This document shows positions 23,519 to 33,583 of a DNA stretch of 64,000 nucleotides, one piece after another. Made by a program: the position numbers and the translations under genes. Below the pieces are notes generated by a model. It searched no databases, was not told the DNA's origin, and worked only from the letters and a program-made list of their open reading frames with translations. The stretch comes from Naegleria gruberi (lineage: Eukaryota). Positions within the stretch are counted from its first letter, which is position 1; each line of letters starts with the position of its first letter. The stretch lies in assembly GCA_000004985.1 (NCBI GenBank), contig GG738931.1; one strand, given 5' to 3'.

Positions 23519-23990
23519 TTGAATATTGCTTCGCGAACGAGTGATGATTCTGTTTGGGAAGAAGATAGAGAGGCAATTGATGTACAGAATAATCATGATG
23601 AAAATCAACTAATTGATTTAAAAATTGATTGGATTAGAGATCGAAATGATTTTGAAATTGTTAGAACTGCTGTACAAGAAAATGGTGAAGCGCTGCATTT
23701 ACATCAAAAGAATTACAAATAATAAGGAAATTGTCTTGCTTGCTTTAGATTCTAGACCAAGATCATATTCATATGCATCCAATGAATTGAAGAATGACAG
23801 AGATGTAGTTTTTAAAGCTTTAACCAAAGATATCCTATTGCTCTTCAATATGCTTCTCCTTTGCATCATTGGTCAATCACAACAAGAACCAATAAATGCT
23901 TCTATTATTTAACAACACACCATGAAAGAATTTACTGCATGTTGAAAATTGCATTCACAGGAACATTCAAAGAACTCTTTTGATGTCAGT
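23519..23990 (+). pseudogene. Relic of a DUF4116-type helical repeat protein with at least 2 frameshifts.
   Basis: Repeat units ...DFEIVRTAVQENGEALHLH / NNKEIVLLALDSRPRSYSYASNELKNDRDVVFKALTKD / YPIALQYASPL are spread over three frames. Confidence 0.35.
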
Positions 23991-24048
23991 AGTAAATTGG
24001 AAGATGTGCATTTAGAAAATTGATTTTCTTCAACACAATTTAAAAAAA

Positions 24049-26216
24049 ATGTTACCATCATCATCTGCTGCCGCATCTTCGCCTTCGAAGAATAAACAAA
24101 ACGAAAAGGAAGATTCCTTGTCAAAAGAACAAGTTATTGTCGATAGAAAGTACTATGAAAATTTACCACCTCCTTCCTTTAAACAAATGTCAGAATTTTG
24201 TAGAAACATTCTCATGAAGAAATCAGGAGCCACCTTTCATAACTCCAATGCCAAGTTAATTCCCTACCGAGGATTCCCATCCATTTATCATGCAGAGACA
24301 TTCTTCATGTTGGTTTCTGATCGATTGGGATGCATGGATTGTCATTCCTTTCTTGATCGTTATGAAATAATTGAAAATCCAAGCAAGGAAAATGATGATT
24401 TGATGAGAAAGATTAAAAAGAAATCGTTGGATCAGTTGCAAAATTTGATAAAGAGCAAGCAAGTGAATGTTTCAATTTTGGATACTGGTAGCAGTGAGCA
24501 AATTAAGAGAATTCCATTTGTTGTGGGTAGGTTTTGATTTTCACACGCAAGTAATATTGAATTTTATTGATTGGATGAAATGTGATTTATTTGGAAATTT
24601 AATATTCCTTATATGGAAAATTGAAATTCTTTGATTAATTGTTGAAAATCAAATGTTAATTGGATGTGAAATTAACAGTTCATGGAAGATATTCACCTCC
24701 TGAAGCTGCATTTCTATTACTTGCTTGGTGTGATTACTTGGTTAGTGTTTTGGAAAAGTTTAAACTTGCCTCAACTGAAACAGATCAATTCTTATTGAGC
24801 AGAATTGAATTGGTCAATCGTGTGAGAAAGGCACTTTCATGGAGAGTTTCACATAAACACGCTCTAGATTTGCAAAAGTATATGAAGGATCAGAAAATTA
24901 CAGAATTTTCCTCATCCAGCATTTCCAATAAGGTTTCCTTCATGAATGACAAGTTTAAACCAATAATTTCACTTCCAAAGATTGATATTGAAAAGATTAA
25001 CAAGATTTTGAAAGATGCAGAGCTACCAACAGTCAATTATCCACGTAATTTGAGTGAATATAATTCTTTATTGGATACTCTTGAAGAATTGGCTGGAGTG
25101 AATGCAAGTTCAATTTCATTCAGATTGAGAAATAGAAAAAACTCAAAACCAACCAAAACAGCAGTCTACTCTCCTCAATTGAATCATCAAACCAGAAAGA
25201 CCAATTTACACTCCTCCTTATGGCATTTCAGAAAGTACAACAAGTTATTGGACATTTGTGGAAGAATTAGAGGAAGATTATGTAATGTCAGTCATCCGTA
25301 CATTACAGGAGTTGCCACACGAATTGATAAAAGTGGAATGACCACTTTTATTTTCAAAGATGAACATTACATGTTCGATGAGACCAGTTATGAATCCATC
25401 ATGAATGACATTGACGTTCCATCGGTGGTTTTCGTGGCCATGGCAGTAAGTCTTTTCAGTGTGAGAAAGGAATTTACCTTAAACAGTCAAATTCAAGGTA
25501 AACTCGATCCATTCCTGGTTAATATTTTGGATATTTGCAGATTGAGAAATGAAAAGACAAGATGGGATTTGATTGCCTCTGTTTATCCAATGGAAGACAT
25601 TGTTTCGAATTTATCAGGAGAAGGTAAATTGAAACTCTTGTCCAATTTTCTAGATTTACAAATTCCAATGGCATTCTTTTTACAGAAACAATACGATATT
25701 GGAGTTAAATATTGCATTGAAAAGGGAATGTCAGTTCCTAGATCTGGATCTTCCTCAGTTGACTCGACTGGTTACAATGCAGTTGTTGGAGCTTGGAATA
25801 ATTCAATTCGTTTCATTAGAATGATCACTAAAACACTCAATCAACCACCTCCAATGCTATTGAAATGCATGAAATTGACAGCTGCCGATCAAATGAAAAT
25901 GTTTTCCATGTATGGAAGAGGAGAACATGCTGACGTTGCTCTCTTTGTTGAATTGGTAAAGAAAGGCATCACTCCATGGGGTATTATCATTGGAAATTGC
26001 TCTGTTGCTATTGAGGACTTGATCAAATTATGTAAGAAATTCAAAATTGATCCAAATACTTGGTTGGGTTATACCAATTACAGAGTTTCAGATGATTTTG
26101 TGTTTAATGAATTGATTTGTGGATGTGTCATTCCAAATACCAGCATTGCACAATCTATTTTGAAAAAACTCAATGCCTATGGATACAAACCTCATAAATC
26201 CATTAAGAAAAAGTAG
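24049..26216 (+). CDS. Conserved-looking hypothetical protein, about 675 aa, 2 exons.
   Basis: Exon 1 is 24049-24526 and ends ...RIPFVVG with donor G|GTAGGT. The 152-nt intron runs to the AG at 24678. Exon 2 is 24679-26216, in phase (…VHGRYSPPEAAFLLLAWCDYLVSVLEKF…). Confidence 0.55.
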
Positions 26217-26252
26217 TTCTTAATAAGAATATATTTATTTTGGTGGCTGTGC

Positions 26253-26639
26253 TTAATTTTGATTGGTTGGCTTGTTTTCTTCAGTATGATTCATATTTAC
26301 TGGATTATTATTAACAACTGGATGGGAAGGTTGTTGTAATATTTGAGGATGTTGAGGTTGACCATTTTGAGGATAAGGAGTATATTGAGTTGGATAAGTT
26401 TGATTATTGAAAGCTTGTTGGTGGTTTGGATTGTAACTGTTTCTATTATCCCAACAATTGTGTCTATCATGAGAACCACAGAATGGACCATAATGATTCT
26501 GATGAGATTGATTGCAGTTATTGTTTCTTCCCCAAACATAGCCAACGAAACCACCCACGAGCATACCAAAGAAGAATTTTGGGAATATTCTTGGTCTCAT
26601 TCTGTAGCTGTAGTCATAGTAAAATCTTGGACCCTTCAT
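26253..26639 (-). CDS. Small Pro/Asn/Gln-rich protein (128 aa) with one TM segment.
   Basis: ATG at 26639. Hydrophobic FFFGMLVGGFVGYVWG, then a low-complexity tail. Convergent with the upstream gene. Confidence 0.35.
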   Translation of the reverse strand: MKGPRFYYDYSYRMRPRIFPKFFFGMLVGGFVGYVWGRNNNCNQSHQNHYGPFCGSHDRHNCWDNRNSYNPNHQQAFNNQTYPTQYTPYPQNGQPQHPQILQQPSHPVVNNNPVNMNHTEENKPTNQN

Positions 26640-27009
26640 TTTGTTTATATTGTTGTTATTTTGTTATCCTTGTTTTTTTCAAGAATTTCATTTGATAACA
26701 GAGCTATTTAAAAATAACAAAATATGTGCCGTGCAGGCTGTGGACTTTTTGGTGTGGTTTTTTATTATTCCATCGATGCGCTTAATTTTGATAGAGTGGC
26801 AATTTGATGGTACTATTTGATTGATTTTAGAAAGGGTGAGCATTTCACTTATTGTTGCTTCCTTACTTTGTACCAAATATGTGGAATAAGAAGATTGTAT
26901 AATTATATTCGCTTCTGATACATTAAAGGTAACAGATTGACTATTTGCAATGATACTTGTGATAACGAACTAAGTTTACAAGAATTTTTATAGTACAGGT
27001 CTATAGTGT

Positions 27010-27653
27010 TTACAATTGATTTTCTGTTGGTACATGGAAACAAGTTCCTTTTGGAGCATAATGAGGATTTCTATCAATTCTTACCATCAAGTTAATGGAT
27101 CCCTCCTTGGAAAGATATAACTGAACTTTATGATCTTTACCAACTGTATACTTTTCAGGATCAATATCAATACTTGTATTCCCAAATGAGTCCTTAAATT
27201 GCCAATAAACAATTAATTAATTAAATATTAAAATTCAAAAAGAAAACTCACATCCAATAAAACTGTATTCTTACTCAATACTTCAATCTTTATATTCAAA
27301 TTCACTTCCGTTAGCACCTGTTCCTCATCAATGAAAAATTCAAACGTTTCATTCCATTTCGGATCAGTTACACTCTCCTTAATCACCTTAGTATGCACAC
27401 TCACAGAGATCCGATCTTCATTCCAATACTTTACTAAAGTATTCCGAGGGAACATATTACATCGAAGGGAACAATAGGGATTTAGTGATTTCTTACTGGA
27501 AAAACCTTCGGCCCCCAAAACAGTCACCTTAATCAAATCTCCCTCCACTAATCTTGATTGAATTCCTGCCGGTAGCATTGGCTTGAAAAATCGAGGAAGT
27601 TGGTGACTGTTAGCAGCTGATGATGAAGAGGAAGACGAACTTGGATCAAACAT
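27010..27653 (-). CDS. C2-domain protein, 2 exons.
   Basis: Exon 1 is 27653-27252 (poly-Ser, then LIKVTVLGAEGFSSKKSLNPYCSLRCN...DPKWNETFEF...NTVLLD|GTGAGT). The intron is 58 nt. Exon 2 is 27193-27010 (DSFGNTSIDIDPEKYTVGKDHKVQLYLSKEGSINLMVRI...). Confidence 0.6.
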
Positions 27654-28350
27654 TTTTTTTTTCTGATATTAAGGCGCGAAATTCTAGAAATTTGAACAAT
27701 TAAGGAAAATCTGGCGGTGAATAGGAATTTTTCGTTGATGATTTTGCATTCTGAATTTTGATAAAGTTTAAAATTTTATTTAAAATCTAATTATTATTAA
27801 ATATTCCAATTATTCCCAACATATTTTTAATTTTTAAAAATTATTGAAAAAAATACGTGAAATGCTCAACCACCAATTACAAAGCAATGATGGAAGAATT
27901 TAAAAAAACAGCCACAATATCTGTGGTCAGGTTCTCGGCGCATTTTTGTGATGCTCCCAAAAAACATGGAATGCTCCCAAAGCTGATTTACCTGTAGGGG
28001 TAATTGGATGCGCCAATAACACCGATTTATTACTTAAGCAAATTCACTCAACTTCAACAAAGCATATCTCAATAACAACACTGGATGTTAGAGAAACATA
28101 CCGTATGGTCATTATTAATTATGTTAACAATCATAATATCAAGTTTGTTACTGATTTGGCTCTTTACTTATCGAGAAAAGTGATTTCAAAATTTTCATAT
28201 GTGGTAGTAAGACGAGCATGTTTTCTTGGTTAATACAAATAACTGATATTCAATAAAACAGAATCTTGTAGAAAACATCAATTAGAACAAGAATAATAAA
28301 TAATATTTTTATTTCACTAAGTATTAAATTTAATATTTCCTTTTTTGTAA

Positions 28351-29335
28351 GGAGCATTGCAAAAATACGGGAAAAACATTTCCACAGATATCCGAAGTAA
28401 ATTATTTACTCTTCTCCGATGATGTTCTCTATGAAATTTTTTCTTTTCATGATGATTTTAAATTTATGGTCATGAGTTGTGCATTAGTTTCAAAACAATG
28501 GTTTAATGTCATTGTTAATCGGTGCAAACTTACATTGAAATGCGAAAATAATAGGATGCAAAAGAAAGGTCAATTTTTACAAAATGTAACAAATCTTCTC
28601 TTTAAAAGAGAAATTGGTGCATTTGATTATAAATTATTAAATTTGATGAAAGGAATAACAACTCTGACAATTAATTACAATAGTATAGGAGTGGAAGGAG
28701 CCATGCATATTAGCAAAATGGAGCAATTGACAAATCTTGATATTTGTAATAGTGTTCTTTATGAAGAAGGAGCAAAATATATTAGTCAACTGGAACAATT
28801 GAAATGTCTAGATATTGGTTCAAACAGTATAGGCAAAAACGGAGCTAAATATATTAGTGGAATGAAACAGTTGACAAGATTAGATATTTTTAATAATACT
28901 ATTTGTGAGGAGGGAGCCAAGTCAATCAGTGAAATGAAGCAATTGACTCATCTCAAAATTACCTTCAATGACATTGGAACAGAAGGAGCCAAATACATTA
29001 GTCAACTGCGAAAATTAACACATCTAGACATCAGTTCCAATGATATTGGTGCTAAGGGTTCCAAATACATTAGTGAAATGAATCAATTGACCATTCTTAA
29101 TATTTATAATAATGATATTGGAAATGAAGGAGTGAAACACATTAGTGAAATGAATCAATTAACAAGGTTGGATATTGGTGATAATGAAATTAGTGCTGAG
29201 GGAGTTAAATATATTAGTGGCATGAAACAATTGACAAACCTTGATATTTCATGGAATAATATTGGAGATGAGGGAGCTCAATTTCTTAGTCAAATGAAAC
29301 AATTAATTTATCTTGAATTTATTACTTTGGATTAA
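28351..29335 (+). CDS. F-box-like/LRR protein of the RNI-like family B, paralog 2. The 5' end is incomplete.
   Basis: The open frame from 28334 encodes ...LFSDDVLYEIFSFHDDFKFMVMSCALVSKQWFNVI (F-box-like), then at least 9 units of a 28-aa LRR (LTxLDIxxNxIGxEGAKYISxMKQ). There is no in-frame ATG before the F-box. A strong acceptor (ttccttttttgtaag|G) at 28350 suggests an unseen 5' exon. Confidence 0.6.
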
Positions 29336-29786
29336 TTTATCCTGGACACAATTGGATTTCTTCTCATCAGCTGTTTACTGCTGAAAGAGATAGCACAGTA
29401 TCACTAGAGTTGTCAAATCAAAACAGTAAAGAGATTGAATAAGAAAGTACAGTTTTAAAAGGAACCTTAGTGTTCAAAATATCAGAGATGTCAATATTGT
29501 AAATTGTGTTGTAATCAAAATATCAGAGAGTTTAGGGCTGCTGGTCACACAACTTTGGCTACCACTTTCTAAATATGCAAAATGAAATCTGCCGTGATGT
29601 TGTAATTTTTTGGCACTTGACAAGAATGGCAGTTGGTTAACACATGTTTTTGAATTGGACAGTAAACTCCTCCATCAAAGATAGCACTGCGTTCCAGATA
29701 ACGGCACGAATGGGAGCCCACAGCAACACTGAATAAAACTGTCAACTGCCATCAGTTTCAAATCTCACACACATCAAAAAAAAATC

Positions 29787-30764
29787 ATGAGATTCTTTCA
29801 TCTACTACTTCTGGTTGTGCTTTTACTGTTCTGCTGCTCCTTCTCCACAGCCCAAACAACTAACAGTACCACTCCATCCTACACCATCACAAGAGATTTT
29901 GCTAATGCTGTCGATTATGCTGTTTCACAAATGATTATTGACAGTGAATTTCTTCAAGGTATGAACGATTTAGGGATGATTTTCTCCACCCCATCCTGTT
30001 CAGCACTTCCATATTCCAAACTATCCATCCCATCTGCTCCCACAACTCTCAATTTACCAAGAACTAGTCCACTAATTCTCTGCTATGAACACGACGCCAC
30101 TTTCAATTGGCCAAAAGTCCACGAATTGGCAGGAAAAATCCTAATTCGAATTTTGAACAACAAGTACAATAGAGACATTGCCTATACCTATCAAATTGTG
30201 AATACGACAGCTTTAGGATATTTCAATGCATTGAAAGCTCAGGTCGATAGTGGAGCATGTGATATTGCAATTGCTTCGACTAATTTCGATTCTATTCGTT
30301 TGCCACTGGTTCATTTCAATTGTCCATATGGAACTTCAAGTCCTGGATTTTTGAGATCTGCATTGGATAATGGAACTGTCATTATTAATTCAGAATCTGA
30401 CATTGATAATTATAATGTGACAGTTTTGACATATAAGGGAAGTTCGTATGATAATTATGTCAAGGCAAAGTATAAGAAGGCTACATTGAATAGTATTGCA
30501 TCTGGATATACTGAGATTTTCGAAAAGATTTTAAAGAAAGAAGCTCACATTGTGGTTGCAGATGCAACTGATTTGGCTGCCTTCTTGAAATCGAATAAGG
30601 ATGCTTGTGGACCATCATGTTTTTCAAAGATTTTTGGAGATCCATTCGCATTTGGACCTTTTATTACTAATAATATTAGAGAATCGAGTGCCTGGTCAGT
30701 TTCGAATAGTTTCGTATACCAAATTTTGACTCTTACTTTGCTAGTTTTGTTTTCAATTTTGTAA
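29787..30764 (+). CDS. Secreted periplasmic-binding-protein-like (SBP_bac_3 / iGluR ligand-binding-domain-like) protein with a GPI-anchor-type C-terminus.
   Basis: Signal peptide MRFFHLLLLVVLLLFCCSFSTAQ. Core GACDIAIASTNFDSIRLPLVHFNCPY resembles solute-binding family 3. C-terminal hydrophobic tail ILTLTLLVLFSIL. Confidence 0.55.
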   Translation: MRFFHLLLLVVLLLFCCSFSTAQTTNSTTPSYTITRDFANAVDYAVSQMIIDSEFLQGMNDLGMIFSTPSCSALPYSKLSIPSAPTTLNLPRTSPLILCYEHDATFNWPKVHELAGKILIRILNNKYNRDIAYTYQIVNTTALGYFNALKAQVDSGACDIAIASTNFDSIRLPLVHFNCPYGTSSPGFLRSALDNGTVIINSESDIDNYNVTVLTYKGSSYDNYVKAKYKKATLNSIASGYTEIFEKILKKEAHIVVADATDLAAFLKSNKDACGPSCFSKIFGDPFAFGPFITNNIRESSAWSVSNSFVYQILTLTLLVLFSIL

Positions 30765-30840
30765 ACTCATAAAATCCAATTATTCAGTTTCTAAATTTTG
30801 TAAAAACATTGTAAATTTCCTATATTTTGATTGGAGAAAA

Positions 30841-32323
30841 TTAATAAGATCTTCCAAAACTTTTGCCACACTTTTTAAGGTTCTTTGGTTTGGGCACTTT
30901 CAAATTCTTCACCTTTGAAAAGGTTGGATTTCTCTTGATTTCTTCTTCCAATTCAGCTAAATACTCTGTTCTCCAAAGGTCCAGGGTTTTTAAATTGACT
31001 AGAGTGGTGCATTTCGACACGAGGGAAATATCTAAAGTTTGGTTAGAGGACTCGTGTAGTTCCAAACGTAATTCCTGTAAATTGGAATAAATTGGACTGG
31101 TAAAGATAATCTCCACTGTTTCTCCACAACAGGTAATATCCAAATATTCCAAATTTGATAAGCTAGGAGACTTCATCATGTTGAGAAGCTCTTTCAGTGA
31201 AATGTATTCATCCTCACCACCAGGAAGAACTTTTAGTTTCTTTAGCTTTGGACAATGATCCAAGAGTGATGGAAATAGCACAAGTTCACAATATCTGATA
31301 TCCAAATAAGTTACCGAACTTTGACTATTTGGAGGAAATGTAGCAACAGTTTCATCGTGATATAAATTGTTAGCTTTGAGTGTTGTAAGTTTTGGTAAAT
31401 TGGGAGAAACAATCAAATTTGCAAAATCTTGATTTTTCATACTAGAATTGTTAACATCCAGAAATGTTAGATTCTTAAGGTTTCCGTTTGTTAAAAAATT
31501 CGTTTGTTTGAATCGATATCCTTCCATTTCTAAATATTCCAAATTCACCTTATCTTCAATAAATAAATCGATTCCAATAATATCTTTTTCCTCATCATCA
31601 TTTCCAAAATTATTAATTTTCAAATGAGTGAGTTGTTTCATATATTTAGAATGTGAAATTGATTCAATAAAGCTCTTTGAACAATCTCTTATAGAATGGC
31701 TTAAATCTAATTTCTTAATGCTTGCCATGAAAGGACTGTTGAATAATTCCTTTGCTATCGTATTTTCAGTAAATTCTTATCGTATCCACCAAATTCAATT
31801 CTGTCAAATTTGGTGTATGACATTTCGTTAAATGCTCAACAGCAACATTAGATAAGGAAAGTAAATCTAATGATTTCATCTTGTCCAAACTTCTACAATT
31901 AGCAAGTGATTTAAATGCATCACCAGAAATAATCAAGGTCAATTTGGCGACATTCTTAACTAACGAACCATTCAGAAAATTGTCCAAGTTTTCACCTCTC
32001 ACTCCCACTTGCAATCCATCCACTGATTGTCTCCACAATTTTGAAACCAAACAACAACACTCCTGGAGTGTAGTATTATCCAAGAATTGATAAATATGAG
32101 ACAAAACATCGGAATTCAATCGATCAGAAGAAGCCTTCTTCCGATTAAAATCCAATTGTTTTAAAAATTCGTGAATATTACCAATAAATTCATCAATCAT
32201 TCCATTGTTATACATAAAGTAACAACTATCCGCTAACTTCACCTTATTTACCAAGGAAATTAATTGCGAATTCACTGTCGTCATTTCATTATATAAAACC
32301 GTTTCAATATTTTCATCATACAT
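30841..32323 (-). pseudogene. F-box-like/LRR family A paralog 3, frameshifted and 5'-decayed.
   Basis: Two ORFs (31766-32323 and 30841-31728) align end to end with paralogs 1 and 2. There is a frame slip near 31745 (NLTELNLVDTIR / EFTENTIAKELFNSPFMASIKKLD). Homology continues upstream of the first ATG (DAFHHHDDDVK ~ ESSHHDDDGK) with no start codon. Confidence 0.55.
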
Positions 32324-32457
32324 TTTTACATCATCATCATGATGATGAAAAGCATCCCCGTATTTTAATTTATTTTTACAATAAAAATATTAAGGGATTC
32401 AATATTTAATATTTTTAAGAAAGATACGTATTCTCTACTAATCAGGTAATTTGCAAA

Positions 32458-33435
32458 TTATTGATTAACCAATCTTGCATAAATGTGAACTTCTCCACTG
32501 GTTTGTCCGCCACTTGGCAAGGAGTCACTGTCGTGAGCTTGTCTCACTCCAAAGCTTCTGGCAGGACAGAATGGGTTAAAAACTTTGTCTGTAATGCCAA
32601 TTCCTGCGATTTCTGCACTTCCTGGAAAGTTTAGAGTATCAACTCCGTAATCGGAGCTATTCCATTGATAGGAAAAGAAACCTCCGATTCTTGCTTTGAA
32701 AGTTTCGGGATATTTGTTGGAATATGCATTGATTTTCCAATAAGGAGACTTTGGAACCATAAAATTGGCCATTTCAAAGCCACTTGCCAAAGATAGAGGA
32801 TCTTGACCTTTCCTTAAATGGGCAATTTCTGTCTTGTTGGATTGGAAACGTTCTAGCATGGTTTTTGCTTCTTTGAGAACTAGATGAGCTTGTCCATTTG
32901 GAGTTACCAATAGTAATTCATTGACTTGCATCAAATTGAATTCTGGATATTTAGCCGAAAGTCCTTCGAACAGATCATTTCTTTTATCACTGTTCAAAGT
33001 TGATCCAGTTGTCCAATGAATACTATCATACCCCATATCAGTACCTGCACACTTCATAATCAAAATCCAATCAGAGTTCAAATACGGTTTCGTCAAGTTT
33101 CTAACAACATATTCCATTGCATTCTGAATCGATTCGTTTTGCTTGAAAAATGTAATTTTACATTCCTGATCTTCCTTCTTACACAAATTAACCATCTCAT
33201 GATTCTGTCTCATAACAACCAACTTTCCAGCACTTCCAACCGAAATAATTTCTCTCGCCTCTTCCAAAGAATTCTTGAAAATTGACCCTGTAATACTTGC
33301 AGAGTGGAAGAAAGCAGGCGAATCTTGAGCGCTGAGAGCAAGTTTTGCCTCCGTATCTGAAACAATGATCAATGAAAGAACCATATGGGAATTCTCACCA
33401 TGGATTGGAATTTTACAAAACTCTTGTGGTAACAT
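32458..33435 (-). CDS. Hypothetical protein (325 aa), unknown family.
   Basis: Uninterrupted ORF from ATG at 33435 to 32458 (minus strand). Complex, non-repetitive composition. Confidence 0.45.
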   Translation of the reverse strand: MLPQEFCKIPIHGENSHMVLSLIIVSDTEAKLALSAQDSPAFFHSASITGSIFKNSLEEAREIISVGSAGKLVVMRQNHEMVNLCKKEDQECKITFFKQNESIQNAMEYVVRNLTKPYLNSDWILIMKCAGTDMGYDSIHWTTGSTLNSDKRNDLFEGLSAKYPEFNLMQVNELLLVTPNGQAHLVLKEAKTMLERFQSNKTEIAHLRKGQDPLSLASGFEMANFMVPKSPYWKINAYSNKYPETFKARIGGFFSYQWNSSDYGVDTLNFPGSAEIAGIGITDKVFNPFCPARSFGVRQAHDSDSLPSGGQTSGEVHIYARLVNQ

Positions 33436-33583
33436 TTTTTTTAATTGTTTCTTGGACTTGCAAACAAACTTTCAAACTTTAATTGTTTTTCAAAAAACTC
33501 ATTTGGGCTTTATTGACATTTCACTGAAAATCACGTTTCAAAAAAGGATCACGTTTCGTTTATTGTGTAATCTTATCAATATA

